From IMG/VR virus record IMGVR_UViG_3300002223_000005, positions 1 through 38,462 of that record: DNA of 38,462 bases; one strand, 5' to 3'. The DNA comes from a virus. The notes beneath the pieces were generated by a model. The model did no database searches, was not told the DNA's origin, and saw nothing but the letters and a program-made list of their open reading frames with translations. Position numbers and translations under genes: made by a program. Shown one piece after another: positions 8,098 through 16,752 of this stretch. Position 1 is the first letter of the stretch; each line of letters starts with the position of its first letter.

Positions 8098-9921
8098 TTA
8101 CGTATTTACTGAAACATTACCGACCGGCTGCCGTGCAATTACCTGCGTTTCGACTGCCGCTTGTATGGCTTGCTGGTTGGTCTTTTGAATGGTGGCTATT
8201 TTGAGCTGGGTATCTGCGCGCTTGTTTTCTGTGTTTGCGGCCATCTCTTCCAACTTCGCTTGCATGGACGCCATCTGAATCTGCATCTGCTGCATCTGAA
8301 TCTGTTGATTCATCTGCGCCTGCTGCGGGTCGCCTTCCATCATGTCGATGATTTCTTTCTTGTTGCGAAGCTGGCTCATTTCTAACACTACTTTAAAGGG
8401 CACAGACTGCGGTCCGTAGACTTGAGCTAGGTTAACCAGCATTTCAAATTGTTCTTGCTGAACGTTCGCAACGTCTGCGACTTCGGAAATTGAAATATCA
8501 ACATCCAGTTCGGCCACATCGTTGCGCACCTCAGCGACTTGATTAAGGCGCGGATCTTGCGCGGCAATCATTTGTTGCAACACGTAGGCGGCTTGCTCGT
8601 CACCTTGTTGGGCTTTTTCTTTGAGCACTTCGCCTGCGGTCAAAGGCTGGTTTAGCCCAACAAACTTCAGATTGTTTTCGTTGTCGGTGACCCTGACCCA
8701 GCGCTCAGAATCCCAAAACTGCCTTATTCGGTTCCAGATCTGCCGATATATGCGCTTTTTAAAGTTGCGATGCGCATCAAACAGCGGCCCGACTTCGATC
8801 AAGTCTTTGCTGTCAGCCATCATTCTTGATCTGCCGCTAGCTTCTGGAGCCACTAACGATCGTGCGGCGATAGAATCAATTTCCGCCTTGGCTTCCATCA
8901 TTAGCTGGACTTGACCAGCGGCCAGATCATTGCCCGGATCTACGTCAAACCGCATACCCGGCGTAACTTCGATTACTCCGTCGCCCTTAGTCAGCTCAAA
9001 CCGAGCTTGATTGATATCGTCCACTGCTCCGCGATCAGCAATAACCTGTCGCCGTGACAACATATACAACGACTTGCTTCGGCGATGGTTAATCTCGTCC
9101 TGAATGTCAATAAATTGACGCACCCATCCGTACTTGTTTGATTCTCTGTCCTGATAGGCATAACCGAATTCAATTGGGCAGTAAGGCTCGCCGTTTTCGT
9201 CTAGATAGGGGCTTTTCTTGCTTTCAATTAACGTCACGTCACCGGAGAAGTAGCAGACATGCCAAACGCCATCTTTTTGGTAGTAGTGCTGGCACACCTT
9301 CAGGCGCTTTCGCTTCTTGTCTATCCATAGCGGCTTATCTTCCAAGCCTTCGTCGTTGTCAATGTCAAAAGCCCTGTCTATATCCTCGTTTACTTTAAAG
9401 GTACGCTTTACCTCGTCTCGATCCATCCATATGAACAAGCCTTTATAGGTAGAGTCTGAAAAGTCACGCTTTAGGCTGTGTGGATCAAAATAGACTCGAT
9501 CAAACGGGATTCGTGTTACCGATATTTCCTCGTCGATCCATTCAACAATCGCGCCCTCGATCCCCTCAACAATCAAATCCTCGAAGCAATCTGAGGCGAC
9601 TGAATCAAAGTCCATATTTTCGGACACGTACCGAAGCGAGTCCGTTACCGCATCCGCCGCTTCTGCGTGCTGTGGCGTCCTTGGCCATGCTTTCGGGTCG
9701 GTCTTGCCTTGTCGCTCAACTCCTATTAAAAAATCAACCTTCGGCCCTATGCGATTGATTACGATGGCCGCTTGGCCGCGCTCTTGCAGCGCTGCGGCTT
9801 CTTCGTCAGTCCATTGTTTACCGTCACGATAATCACGGTCACGGCGGGCGTCTTTGCGTGCGCTATCGGTAACGTCTGCCCAGTATTCAAACTGCTTTTT
9901 ATACTCTACATCGTTCGCCAT
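8098..9921 (-). CDS. Portal protein, P22-type with a C-terminal Q-rich barrel
   Basis: N-terminal ARKDARRDRDYRDGKQWTDEE resembles P22 gp1 ARREAKNDLFFSRVSQWDD. The C-terminal QQAQMNQQIQMQQMQIQMASMQAKLEE.. coiled-coil tail resembles the P22 barrel. The gene follows the large terminase. Confidence 0.8.
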   Translation of the reverse strand: MANDVEYKKQFEYWADVTDSARKDARRDRDYRDGKQWTDEEAAALQERGQAAIVINRIGPKVDFLIGVERQGKTDPKAWPRTPQHAEAADAVTDSLRYVSENMDFDSVASDCFEDLIVEGIEGAIVEWIDEEISVTRIPFDRVYFDPHSLKRDFSDSTYKGLFIWMDRDEVKRTFKVNEDIDRAFDIDNDEGLEDKPLWIDKKRKRLKVCQHYYQKDGVWHVCYFSGDVTLIESKKSPYLDENGEPYCPIEFGYAYQDRESNKYGWVRQFIDIQDEINHRRSKSLYMLSRRQVIADRGAVDDINQARFELTKGDGVIEVTPGMRFDVDPGNDLAAGQVQLMMEAKAEIDSIAARSLVAPEASGRSRMMADSKDLIEVGPLFDAHRNFKKRIYRQIWNRIRQFWDSERWVRVTDNENNLKFVGLNQPLTAGEVLKEKAQQGDEQAAYVLQQMIAAQDPRLNQVAEVRNDVAELDVDISISEVADVANVQQEQFEMLVNLAQVYGPQSVPFKVVLEMSQLRNKKEIIDMMEGDPQQAQMNQQIQMQQMQIQMASMQAKLEEMAANTENKRADTQLKIATIQKTNQQAIQAAVETQVIARQPVGNVSVNT

Positions 9922-11366
9922 GATGTTGTGTTGCCCTTTGGTCTACCCCAGGTGTCTTTGGGTTTATCTCGTGGTGTGGTTGGCGAAATCGCCTCATGCT
10001 GCTCATCCAGTGCGAGCCCGATCAGTGCGCACACATCAACCGCGTCATCGTTTTTAGCTGCCGGAAAGCTGCATAACTGCTCAATTAATCGGTCGCCCCA
10101 TTCTGAGTAGGGGATATGAACCTTGCCCGCTGCTGCCAGCGCTTGAAACGCTCTCGCCATTGCTGCTTTATTTGAGGAACGTGCAATCCATTCCTGACGA
10201 AAATAGATTTTTCGGGCATTGCGTTGTTTGATTAAAAAAGGCTCTATTGATCGCCGAATAACCCCCGATTCACCGAACACACACAGCGGCTTATGTTCTT
10301 TAACGAGATCGAGTAGGGCATCAATCCAAATGTCTGCGGTTTCCTGCCCATACCACCAAGCCTCGATCCAGATATCCATTTCGGTATCAAGTGCAAACAC
10401 GCCTAATTCGGTGTAATCCGCACTATCCGCGTCTGATACTGCGAAATCGGTCGATATGTAGCGATTAACGTGCTGCGGCAAGTCCTGCGCGTAATGACGT
10501 TTGAACCATTCGCGCTTAAAAAATGTGCCTTCAATGGGTTTTGGCTCTTGCTGATACAGTGCCGACCAATCACGCGGCCCGATTACTGCTTTGGTTTGCT
10601 TTAAAACATCAACGGGATACCATTCCGGCCACAATGCGCGCTCGTTTTTGGTATCTTCGTCTGCTATGGCCTGTAGACTGATAATGTGCCATTGATCGCC
10701 ACCTTGTTGCTGCGCCTCGATCAAACGACCCGCTAGATCATCCTCATGCCAACGGGTTAATATGATTACAATCGCGCCACCAGGCATTAGCCGCGTATAA
10801 AGCGTGCTTGTGTACCATTTCCACACCCGATCTCTGAAAACCTCAGAATCAGCTTCATCGCGGTTTTTAAACGGGTCATCTATCAGCGCTATGTGCGCGC
10901 CCCGGCCCGTAATCGCACCGCCAACACCTGTCGAGATATAAACCCCGCCTGCGTCCGTGTGCCACCGATTAGCGCTTTTACTGTCTGCGCTTAACCGTGT
11001 CTCAAATAGCCGACCATATTCCTCGGTTTGAACAATGCTTCTCACGTCGCGGCCAAAGTCAGCGGCAAAATCATGGCCGTATGTTGTGGCTATAATTTGC
11101 TTGTTTGGATTACGCCCTAGGTACCAAGCCGGAAACCGTCTAGACCCTAACTCTGATTTCGTGTGACGTGGCGGCGCAAAGATCATCAGCCGCTTTAATT
11201 CGCCGCTTTCAACCTGCTCTAAGGCTTCGCATATTATTTTATGGTGCTGCCCTGGCTCAAACTCGGGCAAGGTGTACTGAGTGAAATCAAGTAGCTTTTT
11301 TCTTGCCTTTCTTCGTGCTAAAAGCTCCGCTGCTGCCTGCTGCGGCGATACGTGCAAGCTCGTCAT
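9906..11366 (-). CDS. Terminase large subunit
   Basis: 486 aa with a Walker-A-like FAPPRHTKSE and a Walker-B-like AHIALIDDPF, plus a C-terminal nuclease-like region (STDFAVSD..). Position fits. Confidence 0.8.
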   Translation of the reverse strand: MTSLHVSPQQAAAELLARRKARKKLLDFTQYTLPEFEPGQHHKIICEALEQVESGELKRLMIFAPPRHTKSELGSRRFPAWYLGRNPNKQIIATTYGHDFAADFGRDVRSIVQTEEYGRLFETRLSADSKSANRWHTDAGGVYISTGVGGAITGRGAHIALIDDPFKNRDEADSEVFRDRVWKWYTSTLYTRLMPGGAIVIILTRWHEDDLAGRLIEAQQQGGDQWHIISLQAIADEDTKNERALWPEWYPVDVLKQTKAVIGPRDWSALYQQEPKPIEGTFFKREWFKRHYAQDLPQHVNRYISTDFAVSDADSADYTELGVFALDTEMDIWIEAWWYGQETADIWIDALLDLVKEHKPLCVFGESGVIRRSIEPFLIKQRNARKIYFRQEWIARSSNKAAMARAFQALAAAGKVHIPYSEWGDRLIEQLCSFPAAKNDDAVDVCALIGLALDEQHEAISPTTPRDKPKDTWGRPKGNTTSWRTM

Positions 11367-11709
11367 CGGTCATGTCATCCACTTTTTTAAACTCTATCGC
11401 CTCGCCATTAAGCCCGGTTAGCTCTGATCTGCTTAGTTTGGGCTGGGTATATTCGAGCAGTTCAGCAGAGGCGCGTTGGGCCATGGTTAGGAATTGCTGC
11501 CTAACGCTGATATGGTAGGTTTCGTTTTCGGATTCGCTTAAACCACGCTCGGCAATCGTTACCAGCGCTTGAGCTGGGCTGAACCCGCACTCAATCAATA
11601 CATCCAGGACTTTTTTAATGTTTGTCTTACAATTAACGCGCTTTTCTGTCGCTGGGATGTTTGCCAATTCTTGCAGTGAATTTGGTAATTTATGGCTTTT
11701 CATCGCCAT
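11287..11709 (-). CDS. Terminase small subunit (putative)
   Basis: 140 aa immediately upstream of the large terminase, with an HTH-like N-terminal half and a basic tail (KKGKKKAT). The 80-nt overlap with the large-subunit ORF is unusual. Confidence 0.5.
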   Translation of the reverse strand: MAMKSHKLPNSLQELANIPATEKRVNCKTNIKKVLDVLIECGFSPAQALVTIAERGLSESENETYHISVRQQFLTMAQRASAELLEYTQPKLSRSELTGLNGEAIEFKKVDDMTDDELARIAAAGSSGAFSTKKGKKKAT

Positions 11710-12017
11710 ACGCTGCGCGGATTATCGTTCGGATCGAGCACGACAACGCGGAAAAAATAAACTGGGGCGTCTGCGCTGCCTGTAGCAATCGTCAGTTTGA
11801 CCAATGCCGCGCCGACACTGTTGGCGGTAATCGGTGCGCTGGCTACGCTGCTAGTAAATGCGCTTGTTCCAATTGAGATACAGTTATCATCTGTTGACCA
11901 TGTAACCGTTGAACTGGTAACGCCCAACACCTGATCCAGCACAGTTAAATCGACTTCATACGTATAAACCGAATCAATATACTGCTCATGCGTATCAATG
12001 CGCATTTCTCTAGCCAT
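11700..12017 (-). CDS. Hypothetical protein with an Ig-like (Big_2-like) look
   Basis: TVTWSTDDNCISIG...ITANSVGAALVKLTI resembles bacterial Ig-like domain patterns. It is coupled to its neighbours. Confidence 0.4.
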   Translation of the reverse strand: MAREMRIDTHEQYIDSVYTYEVDLTVLDQVLGVTSSTVTWSTDDNCISIGTSAFTSSVASAPITANSVGAALVKLTIATGSADAPVYFFRVVVLDPNDNPRSVWR

Positions 12018-12216
12018 TTTTAATTACCATCATGCATCTATCGTCTGGTTCCGGCGTCATTTGTCGCTGCTGAATATTGATAAACATGCTTCTTGATCCT
12101 GGCGCTGGCGTCATGCGTAAAATGGTGTTTTGTACTGACGCAATAGATGACGCTGCCCATATCGGCCCCCAAACATCCAGCCAAACTGTATCGGCCCAAA
12201 CAGTACCCGTTAACAT
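12010..12216 (-). CDS. Hypothetical small Trp-rich protein
   Basis: 68-aa ORF (VWADTVWLDVWGPIW) overlapping both neighbours by a few nt. Confidence 0.4.
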   Translation of the reverse strand: MLTGTVWADTVWLDVWGPIWAASSIASVQNTILRMTPAPGSRSMFINIQQRQMTPEPDDRCMMVIKNG

Positions 12217-13412
12217 TAAACCCCGAACTCCGTACCCGTTGAGCCGTTGCCGGTGATTGTTACGCCGTTAATACTTTGAATGTTTGCATCTATTTCAAGA
12301 GCTTTTGTAAACGTGAGCGAATCGGTTTTTGCTTTGATCGCATCAACTACCGTGTCCACCGTTGCCAGTGCCGCCGCTGTGCCTAATGTACTGACTGCAA
12401 CATCCAGATTTGATGCCGTTAAACCCGTTACCGAGCCTACCGCGCCGGTTACGCTACCGACTGCCCCTGTGACAGATCCAACAGAACCCGATAAATTGCC
12501 AGTCACATTACCCGTTATATTTGCAGTTAAAGCCGTCGTGATTGATGTTGCCGCATTGCTGCCAGCGATAAACACCCCGCCAGCGGCCCCAGCCGTAGCG
12601 CTTGGAAGGAAATCTGTTTTTGTCTTGATTGCGTTAACCGTGGCTTCAAGCGTTGTCCCTGTGTCAGTTAATATCGCTGCCGTATCCGCTTTGATCGCAA
12701 CAAATCCATTAACACCATTTGCCAGCGCGTATGTATCGCCCGTCTGCGCAGTATGCCCAACTACCGACCCAACAGAGCCGGTAACGCTTCCAACAGCACC
12801 ACTGACAGCGGCTATGGTGCCTGCCGTCAGATTTGTTGTGCTGGCCAAAGTGGCGTTGGTTGGGAATGTAACCGTCCCAGCATTAACCACGGCATTTGTT
12901 TTGATTGTTTCAATATCAACCTTTTGTGTCGTTGCTATCGTTGTGCCTGTGAGCGCTAGTGATGTTGTCGGATTTTCGACATTACCCCAATCGATACCAG
13001 CTGCCCCGGTCGCGGTTACATCTAATGTCCGACCGGCCGTTGTTGGCTGCAAATATCCAGCCGCGCTTGCTGCATAAATCCCGTCATAAACAGCCTCTTC
13101 AATCACAACAAAATCAGCTCTGACTGGAAGGCATAGCGAGTCATCATTAATCACTACTGTCATATGTCCAACAGTGCCAGTAATGCCGCTTTGCAATGTC
13201 AAATGGTAGTAACCGTCTGCCGTTGTGATCGCTGCAAACGTGTAGCTAGATATGTCTACTACCGTACCATTATCATGCAAAATCACTTCTGCTTCGTCAG
13301 CCGTCGCTACTGATAGCGTCGTTACCGGGACGTAACCATTAGCCACCGCTACCACTGGCCCCACTACGACTTTATGAGTAGCATTTTGTCTAATCGGTAA
13401 CGCCATAATCAA
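12216..13412 (-). CDS. Fibre-like protein with G-S-V-(T/V)-G type repeats
   Basis: 398 aa rich in T/A/G/V, with repeated SGAVGSVTGSVGSVVG and GNVTGNLSGSVGSVTGAVGSVTGAVGSVTG tracts. The long plus-strand ORF 12280-13077 is its shadow. Confidence 0.5.
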   Translation of the reverse strand: MIMALPIRQNATHKVVVGPVVAVANGYVPVTTLSVATADEAEVILHDNGTVVDISSYTFAAITTADGYYHLTLQSGITGTVGHMTVVINDDSLCLPVRADFVVIEEAVYDGIYAASAAGYLQPTTAGRTLDVTATGAAGIDWGNVENPTTSLALTGTTIATTQKVDIETIKTNAVVNAGTVTFPTNATLASTTNLTAGTIAAVSGAVGSVTGSVGSVVGHTAQTGDTYALANGVNGFVAIKADTAAILTDTGTTLEATVNAIKTKTDFLPSATAGAAGGVFIAGSNAATSITTALTANITGNVTGNLSGSVGSVTGAVGSVTGAVGSVTGLTASNLDVAVSTLGTAAALATVDTVVDAIKAKTDSLTFTKALEIDANIQSINGVTITGNGSTGTEFGV

Positions 13413-13414
13413 AT

Positions 13415-13897
13415 CTACCTAAAATGATGCTGGTAATGGTACATAGCAATTGGTATTGCTAACCCGGCTGCGCTTACTGTAAAAGCAGGGCTAGCGACGA
13501 TCTGAGCCGCTCCGGTTAGCACTGCTGCCGGTATTGTTACTGTGATTGTTTCGGTTGACGTTATGTTGTAAGTGGCTTCAGCATCAAGCGTGATCGTCGC
13601 TACTGTGTCGCTTGTGCGCACTACATCAGCAATATCAATACCGACTTTAACAACTGCATCCCAACCAGCGGCCTCGGACTGTGCAGAATCAATGCCGTCA
13701 ATCAGTGCTTGAGTGTTAGCAGTTGCACCAATTGGGCCAGTACCAGCTGCGATAAACGTATCACCTGTCAGAGTGATAATGATCGTCTTGCCACCAGTGA
13801 CGATATCCGCTTCGGTGATTGACGCCGTGGCCGTGCCGGTTATCGCAGCGCTAGCGCCGCCACGACTGATCCAATACGAGCTATGCCTAATCGACAA
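13415..13897 (-). CDS. Hypothetical protein with repeated T-I-T-L type beta segments
   Basis: 160-aa ORF with recurring IIITLTGDTF / TITLDAEATY / ITVTIPAAV segments and a hydrophobic C-terminus. Confidence 0.45.
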   Translation of the reverse strand: MSIRHSSYWISRGGASAAITGTATASITEADIVTGGKTIIITLTGDTFIAAGTGPIGATANTQALIDGIDSAQSEAAGWDAVVKVGIDIADVVRTSDTVATITLDAEATYNITSTETITVTIPAAVLTGAAQIVASPAFTVSAAGLAIPIAMYHYQHHFR

Positions 13898-14221
13898 TTA
13901 AAGCTCCCAAATTTCCCAGGGAATTGTTGCTGTACCAGCCGATTGAGTCACTGTAAAAACGATTTCGTTTGTCGATGCCACTGGTATTGTAAGCACCACC
14001 GGAACGCTTTGAACGTGCTTATAAGTCGCAGCGTATGCCAGTCTGGTGGTGCCTACTGACCGCACTTTTAACTTAACTTTGACGACAATCGAATCACCCA
14101 ACACCATGTCATTGAGATCCAGACCAAGCACAAATGAGCCGCTTGTCGTTATCGTCGCAATCGTATCCTCAGTGCTTGATCCTGTAGTCGTTAACGACCC
14201 ATCACTATGACTCGTTGCCAT
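13898..14221 (-). CDS. Hypothetical protein
   Basis: 107-aa ORF abutting both neighbours with no gap. Confidence 0.45.
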   Translation of the reverse strand: MATSHSDGSLTTTGSSTEDTIATITTSGSFVLGLDLNDMVLGDSIVVKVKLKVRSVGTTRLAYAATYKHVQSVPVVLTIPVASTNEIVFTVTQSAGTATIPWEIWEL

Positions 14222-15040
14222 TTAGTTAATCCCCAATAATGCGACCGTGCGAATACGGTCAGTTGCGTCAGCCTCAGTTGATTGCATGCGTGCGGAAATC
14301 CGAGTCCCAGCCGGTATGAAAATGTCGTAAAACATCATCCCAGTATTTAACTCAGACGTGCCCCCAACACACCAATGATCTGCGATTATGTTTGACTCGC
14401 TACTAGCTGCGCCAACGGCTATATCAAACAGCATGCTTGATGCTGCACCAATTACCGCATTGTCGTTATTGCCAATCATCAGCACAAATCCGTAAATATC
14501 CTCGCCAGTGCTAGCAACCAACTCCGTATATGTTGTTGGTTTAGTGTTCGGCGTAGCCCCTGGGTCTACTGCTGTGCCGCGTGAGCTTGCTGTTACAATG
14601 CCATAACCCTTGGCTGATTGTCTCCCAATTGCACCAGTTGCACTATTGGCGTACAAGTTAACAATATATTTGAGCGTTGTTGCAGCCGTAGCCTGTGCTC
14701 GCATTACAACACGAGTGCCAGCGCCAATTGAAATCGGCAAACTGTACATGATAACTGGTGTTGTTGCGTCCTGTCGCCCGCTCCACGTCATTGACTCAAT
14801 GATGACCTGTTCAGAACTTGGACCAACGCCAATATCAATCAGAAATTCTTCTGGGGTGCTAACGTCATGCGTAAAAAACAACATGATATGATTGCTGTTT
14901 GCTGACGTACTCGCAATAATTTCAGTCCATGACCCCATCGAGCCGCTTCCTGATGTGATCGTTGACGCGCTGCTCGTGGCTGTGTCTGCGCCTGCGGAGT
15001 CAGTTAGTATCCAACCCTGGCTTAGTGGCATGTCCGGCAT
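14222..15040 (-). CDS. Hypothetical protein made of two tandem homologous ~120-aa domains
   Basis: Internal duplication is visible by eye: WTEIIASTS..FLIDIGVGPSSEQVIIES..YSLPISIGAGTRVVMRAQAT against YTELVASTG..MLFDIAVGAASSESNIIAD..YDIFIPAGTRISARMQST. Confidence 0.5.
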   Translation of the reverse strand: MPDMPLSQGWILTDSAGADTATSSASTITSGSGSMGSWTEIIASTSANSNHIMLFFTHDVSTPEEFLIDIGVGPSSEQVIIESMTWSGRQDATTPVIMYSLPISIGAGTRVVMRAQATAATTLKYIVNLYANSATGAIGRQSAKGYGIVTASSRGTAVDPGATPNTKPTTYTELVASTGEDIYGFVLMIGNNDNAVIGAASSMLFDIAVGAASSESNIIADHWCVGGTSELNTGMMFYDIFIPAGTRISARMQSTEADATDRIRTVALLGIN

Positions 15041-15387
15041 TATTGCACGATCTCACATCGCAGCATGACAGCGCCTGGAGCGGCATTGACCGTTTTAGCG
15101 CAAGGCACAGATTTAGCACCTTCGTAACCATCCTCAACAGTCGAGATCTGAAAAACATACGTACCTGGCACAACGTCTAAAATCGTGTGGCTTAGTACCG
15201 TCCCAGGCAAAGTAACTGCCGGTTTAGCGACATTATCAACGCTTTGATAGATACGATATTCTTTTTGACCGGTAATCAGCGATTGATCAACTCGTTTAGT
15301 CGCAGCGTCCCACGTCAGCAAAATATCTGTTGCACTGGCTACATTGCAGATCAGCAGTAATGCTGTAATCAATAACGCTCTAATCAT
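15040..15387 (-). CDS. Secreted protein with an FN3/Ig-like look
   Basis: N-terminal signal peptide MIRALLITALLLICNVASA followed by a beta-rich ~95-aa domain. Confidence 0.5.
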   Translation of the reverse strand: MIRALLITALLLICNVASATDILLTWDAATKRVDQSLITGQKEYRIYQSVDNVAKPAVTLPGTVLSHTILDVVPGTYVFQISTVEDGYEGAKSVPCAKTVNAAPGAVMLRCEIVQ

Positions 15388-15755
15388 TTGTCATCACCCC
15401 AGGCCATCTGGCCGAATAATCTAACCGCATAATACATAGCGTGGCGCGTAAAATAATTGACTTTGCACGCCTCCATTGCTTCTAAAAATAGTTCGTCACA
15501 ATCTTTGCGCGAGTAGTGATAACCGAGCGATTTACCCTGCTTGAAATACAGCCAGTCGTGCAACACGGCGGCAGGCATGTGGTCATCAATAACCGGAAAC
15601 GCAAATTGAAAAAGCCAGGGAATTGAGGCTAGGTCTGTGATAAACCCTCGTGGGACGATTACGGGAACGGCATTGACAGCCACATATTTGAGCATTGCAG
15701 TTAGCTCTAGTTTTGATCCGCCCGCAGGTTTTAGTTGGAGCTCTGTCGTAAACAT
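15384..15755 (-). CDS. DUF1353-family protein
   Basis: VPRGFITDLASIPW and AAVLHDWLY motifs are typical of DUF1353. It is adjacent to the lysis genes. Confidence 0.6.
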   Translation of the reverse strand: MFTTELQLKPAGGSKLELTAMLKYVAVNAVPVIVPRGFITDLASIPWLFQFAFPVIDDHMPAAVLHDWLYFKQGKSLGYHYSRKDCDELFLEAMEACKVNYFTRHAMYYAVRLFGQMAWGDDK

Positions 15756-15759
15756 ATTG

Positions 15760-15978
15760 TTAATCGTTGCCTCGCCTAAACCGCCATTTAAACCAAATGT
15801 TGAATGCTACTGTCGCAACGGTGCCGACTATGCCGACGATCATGCTCACGATGCCCCACTCGTCAGCAGTGAGACCCAGGATCGTCGTAGTGATCGTTGT
15901 CCCGAGTGCAGCGCGTGTCGATGCGACATCGACTAGATCAATGTGCTGTTCTAGTGCTGCTAAAACTCTATCGAGCAT
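15760..15978 (-). CDS. Holin (putative)
   Basis: 72 aa with hydrophobic segments (TTITTTILGL, WGIVSMIVGIVGTVATVAFNIWF) and a basic C-terminus (KWRFRRGND). It has a 1-nt overlap with the peptidase gene. Confidence 0.5.
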   Translation of the reverse strand: MLDRVLAALEQHIDLVDVASTRAALGTTITTTILGLTADEWGIVSMIVGIVGTVATVAFNIWFKWRFRRGND

Positions 15979-16412
15979 CAGTCCAGCAACTCCGTTTTTA
16001 GTCCCGTTGTCATAGCAAAATAAATGTCAGGATCAACAAACTGACCGCCGATTTTAACGTCGACATGAACGTGTGGAGTGATCCCCTCGTAAATCGTGCG
16101 CAAATCCTGAGCGCTGCCGATTACTTGCCCGCGTTTGATTTTTTGGCCTGCGTTGACATGAGGGGATAAATACAAATAGCGAATTAGTGCGCCATCCTGT
16201 CTCTCGATCTCGATCAGACGATAGAGCGCTTTATCTAACTCTGCGTAACATTGCCCGATGCGCGTTACTATCCCGTCGGTTGCTGAGCAGACCAGCGATC
16301 CAGGCCATGCAGCGTAATCAATGCCCATGTGCAACCGTGTGCCGCGTCGAGCGCCATACCTGCCGGAGCCGTGTCTATCCGTCGCCCGTTGAGGCGCAAT
16401 AATCGTAATCAT
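15978..16412 (-). CDS. M23-family metallopeptidase (endolysin candidate)
   Basis: HxxxD (LHMGIDY) and HxH (PHVHVD) motifs. I prefer the ATG at 16412 (AGGTG upstream), because the longer track ORF would run through two terminator hairpins. Confidence 0.75.
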   Translation of the reverse strand: MITIIAPQRATDRHGSGRYGARRGTRLHMGIDYAAWPGSLVCSATDGIVTRIGQCYAELDKALYRLIEIERQDGALIRYLYLSPHVNAGQKIKRGQVIGSAQDLRTIYEGITPHVHVDVKIGGQFVDPDIYFAMTTGLKTELLD

Positions 16413-16421
16413 TTGACACCT

Positions 16422-16453
16422 AAAAAAGAGTGCGCCCGGTACAGCATGGGCGC
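16422..16453 (-). terminator. Intrinsic-terminator-like hairpin (second of a tandem pair) just upstream of the late/lysis genes
   Basis: Minus strand reads GCGCCC-atgctgtacc-GGGCGC actc TTTTTT. Confidence 0.45.
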
Positions 16454-16478
16454 GAGGGGAAGGAGAAAACGCGGACAT

Positions 16479-16502
16479 AAAAAAACCCCGCACTGGGCGA
16501 GG
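16479..16502 (-). terminator. Intrinsic terminator (first of a tandem pair)
   Basis: Minus strand reads CCTCGC-ccagt-GCGGGG followed by TTTTTTAT. Confidence 0.6.
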
Positions 16503-16561
16503 TCTTAGCAGTTGAGACAATTCTCTCAACGTATCAAAAAGGTAGCATTTCCATTATCTGA

Positions 16562-16574
16562 TGTCAAATTGACA
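16562..16574. promoter_or_regulatory. Palindrome TGTCAA-A-TTGACA supplying back-to-back -35 hexamers for divergent promoters
   Basis: Plus strand: TTGACA (16569-16574), 17 nt, TATAGC (16592-16597). Minus strand: TTGACA (16567-16562), 17 nt, TACCTT (16544-16539). The -10 elements are weak. Confidence 0.35.
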
Positions 16575-16752
16575 CAGTTTTTTGATTACTTTATAGCCAG
16601 TTCATAGCTCTTGAACGTAGTCAAAATGACAACACAAAAATATTTTGAAAATATCTTAACTATTTATTGATTATGTATTACATATTCAAAACGAGGGGAG
16701 TAATATATCTACATCGGCTGAACAAACAGCTACCAACCAAGGAGAAAGCAAA

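Noticed and set aside
7770-8204. Plus- and minus-strand alternative ORFs inside the scaffold gene (7770-8204, 7814-8050, 7838-8089)
   Set aside because: Low-complexity acidic coding sequence leaves several frames open. Only the E/K/A-rich frame fits the portal-scaffold-capsid order and has a strong RBS.
11287-11366. 80-nt overlap of the small and large terminase ORFs as a programmed frameshift or fusion
   Set aside because: I see no slippery heptamer plus structure that I can defend. There is simply no alternative in-frame start for the large subunit downstream of the small-subunit stop, so a long overlap is the simplest reading.
12280-13077. 265-aa plus-strand ORF, and a possible diversity-generating retroelement target in the repeat-rich fibre gene
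   Set aside because: It is a shadow ORF opposite the 398-aa minus-strand gene, which fits the operon and has start/stop coupling. There is no reverse transcriptase and no template-repeat copy anywhere in the genome, so there is no DGR.
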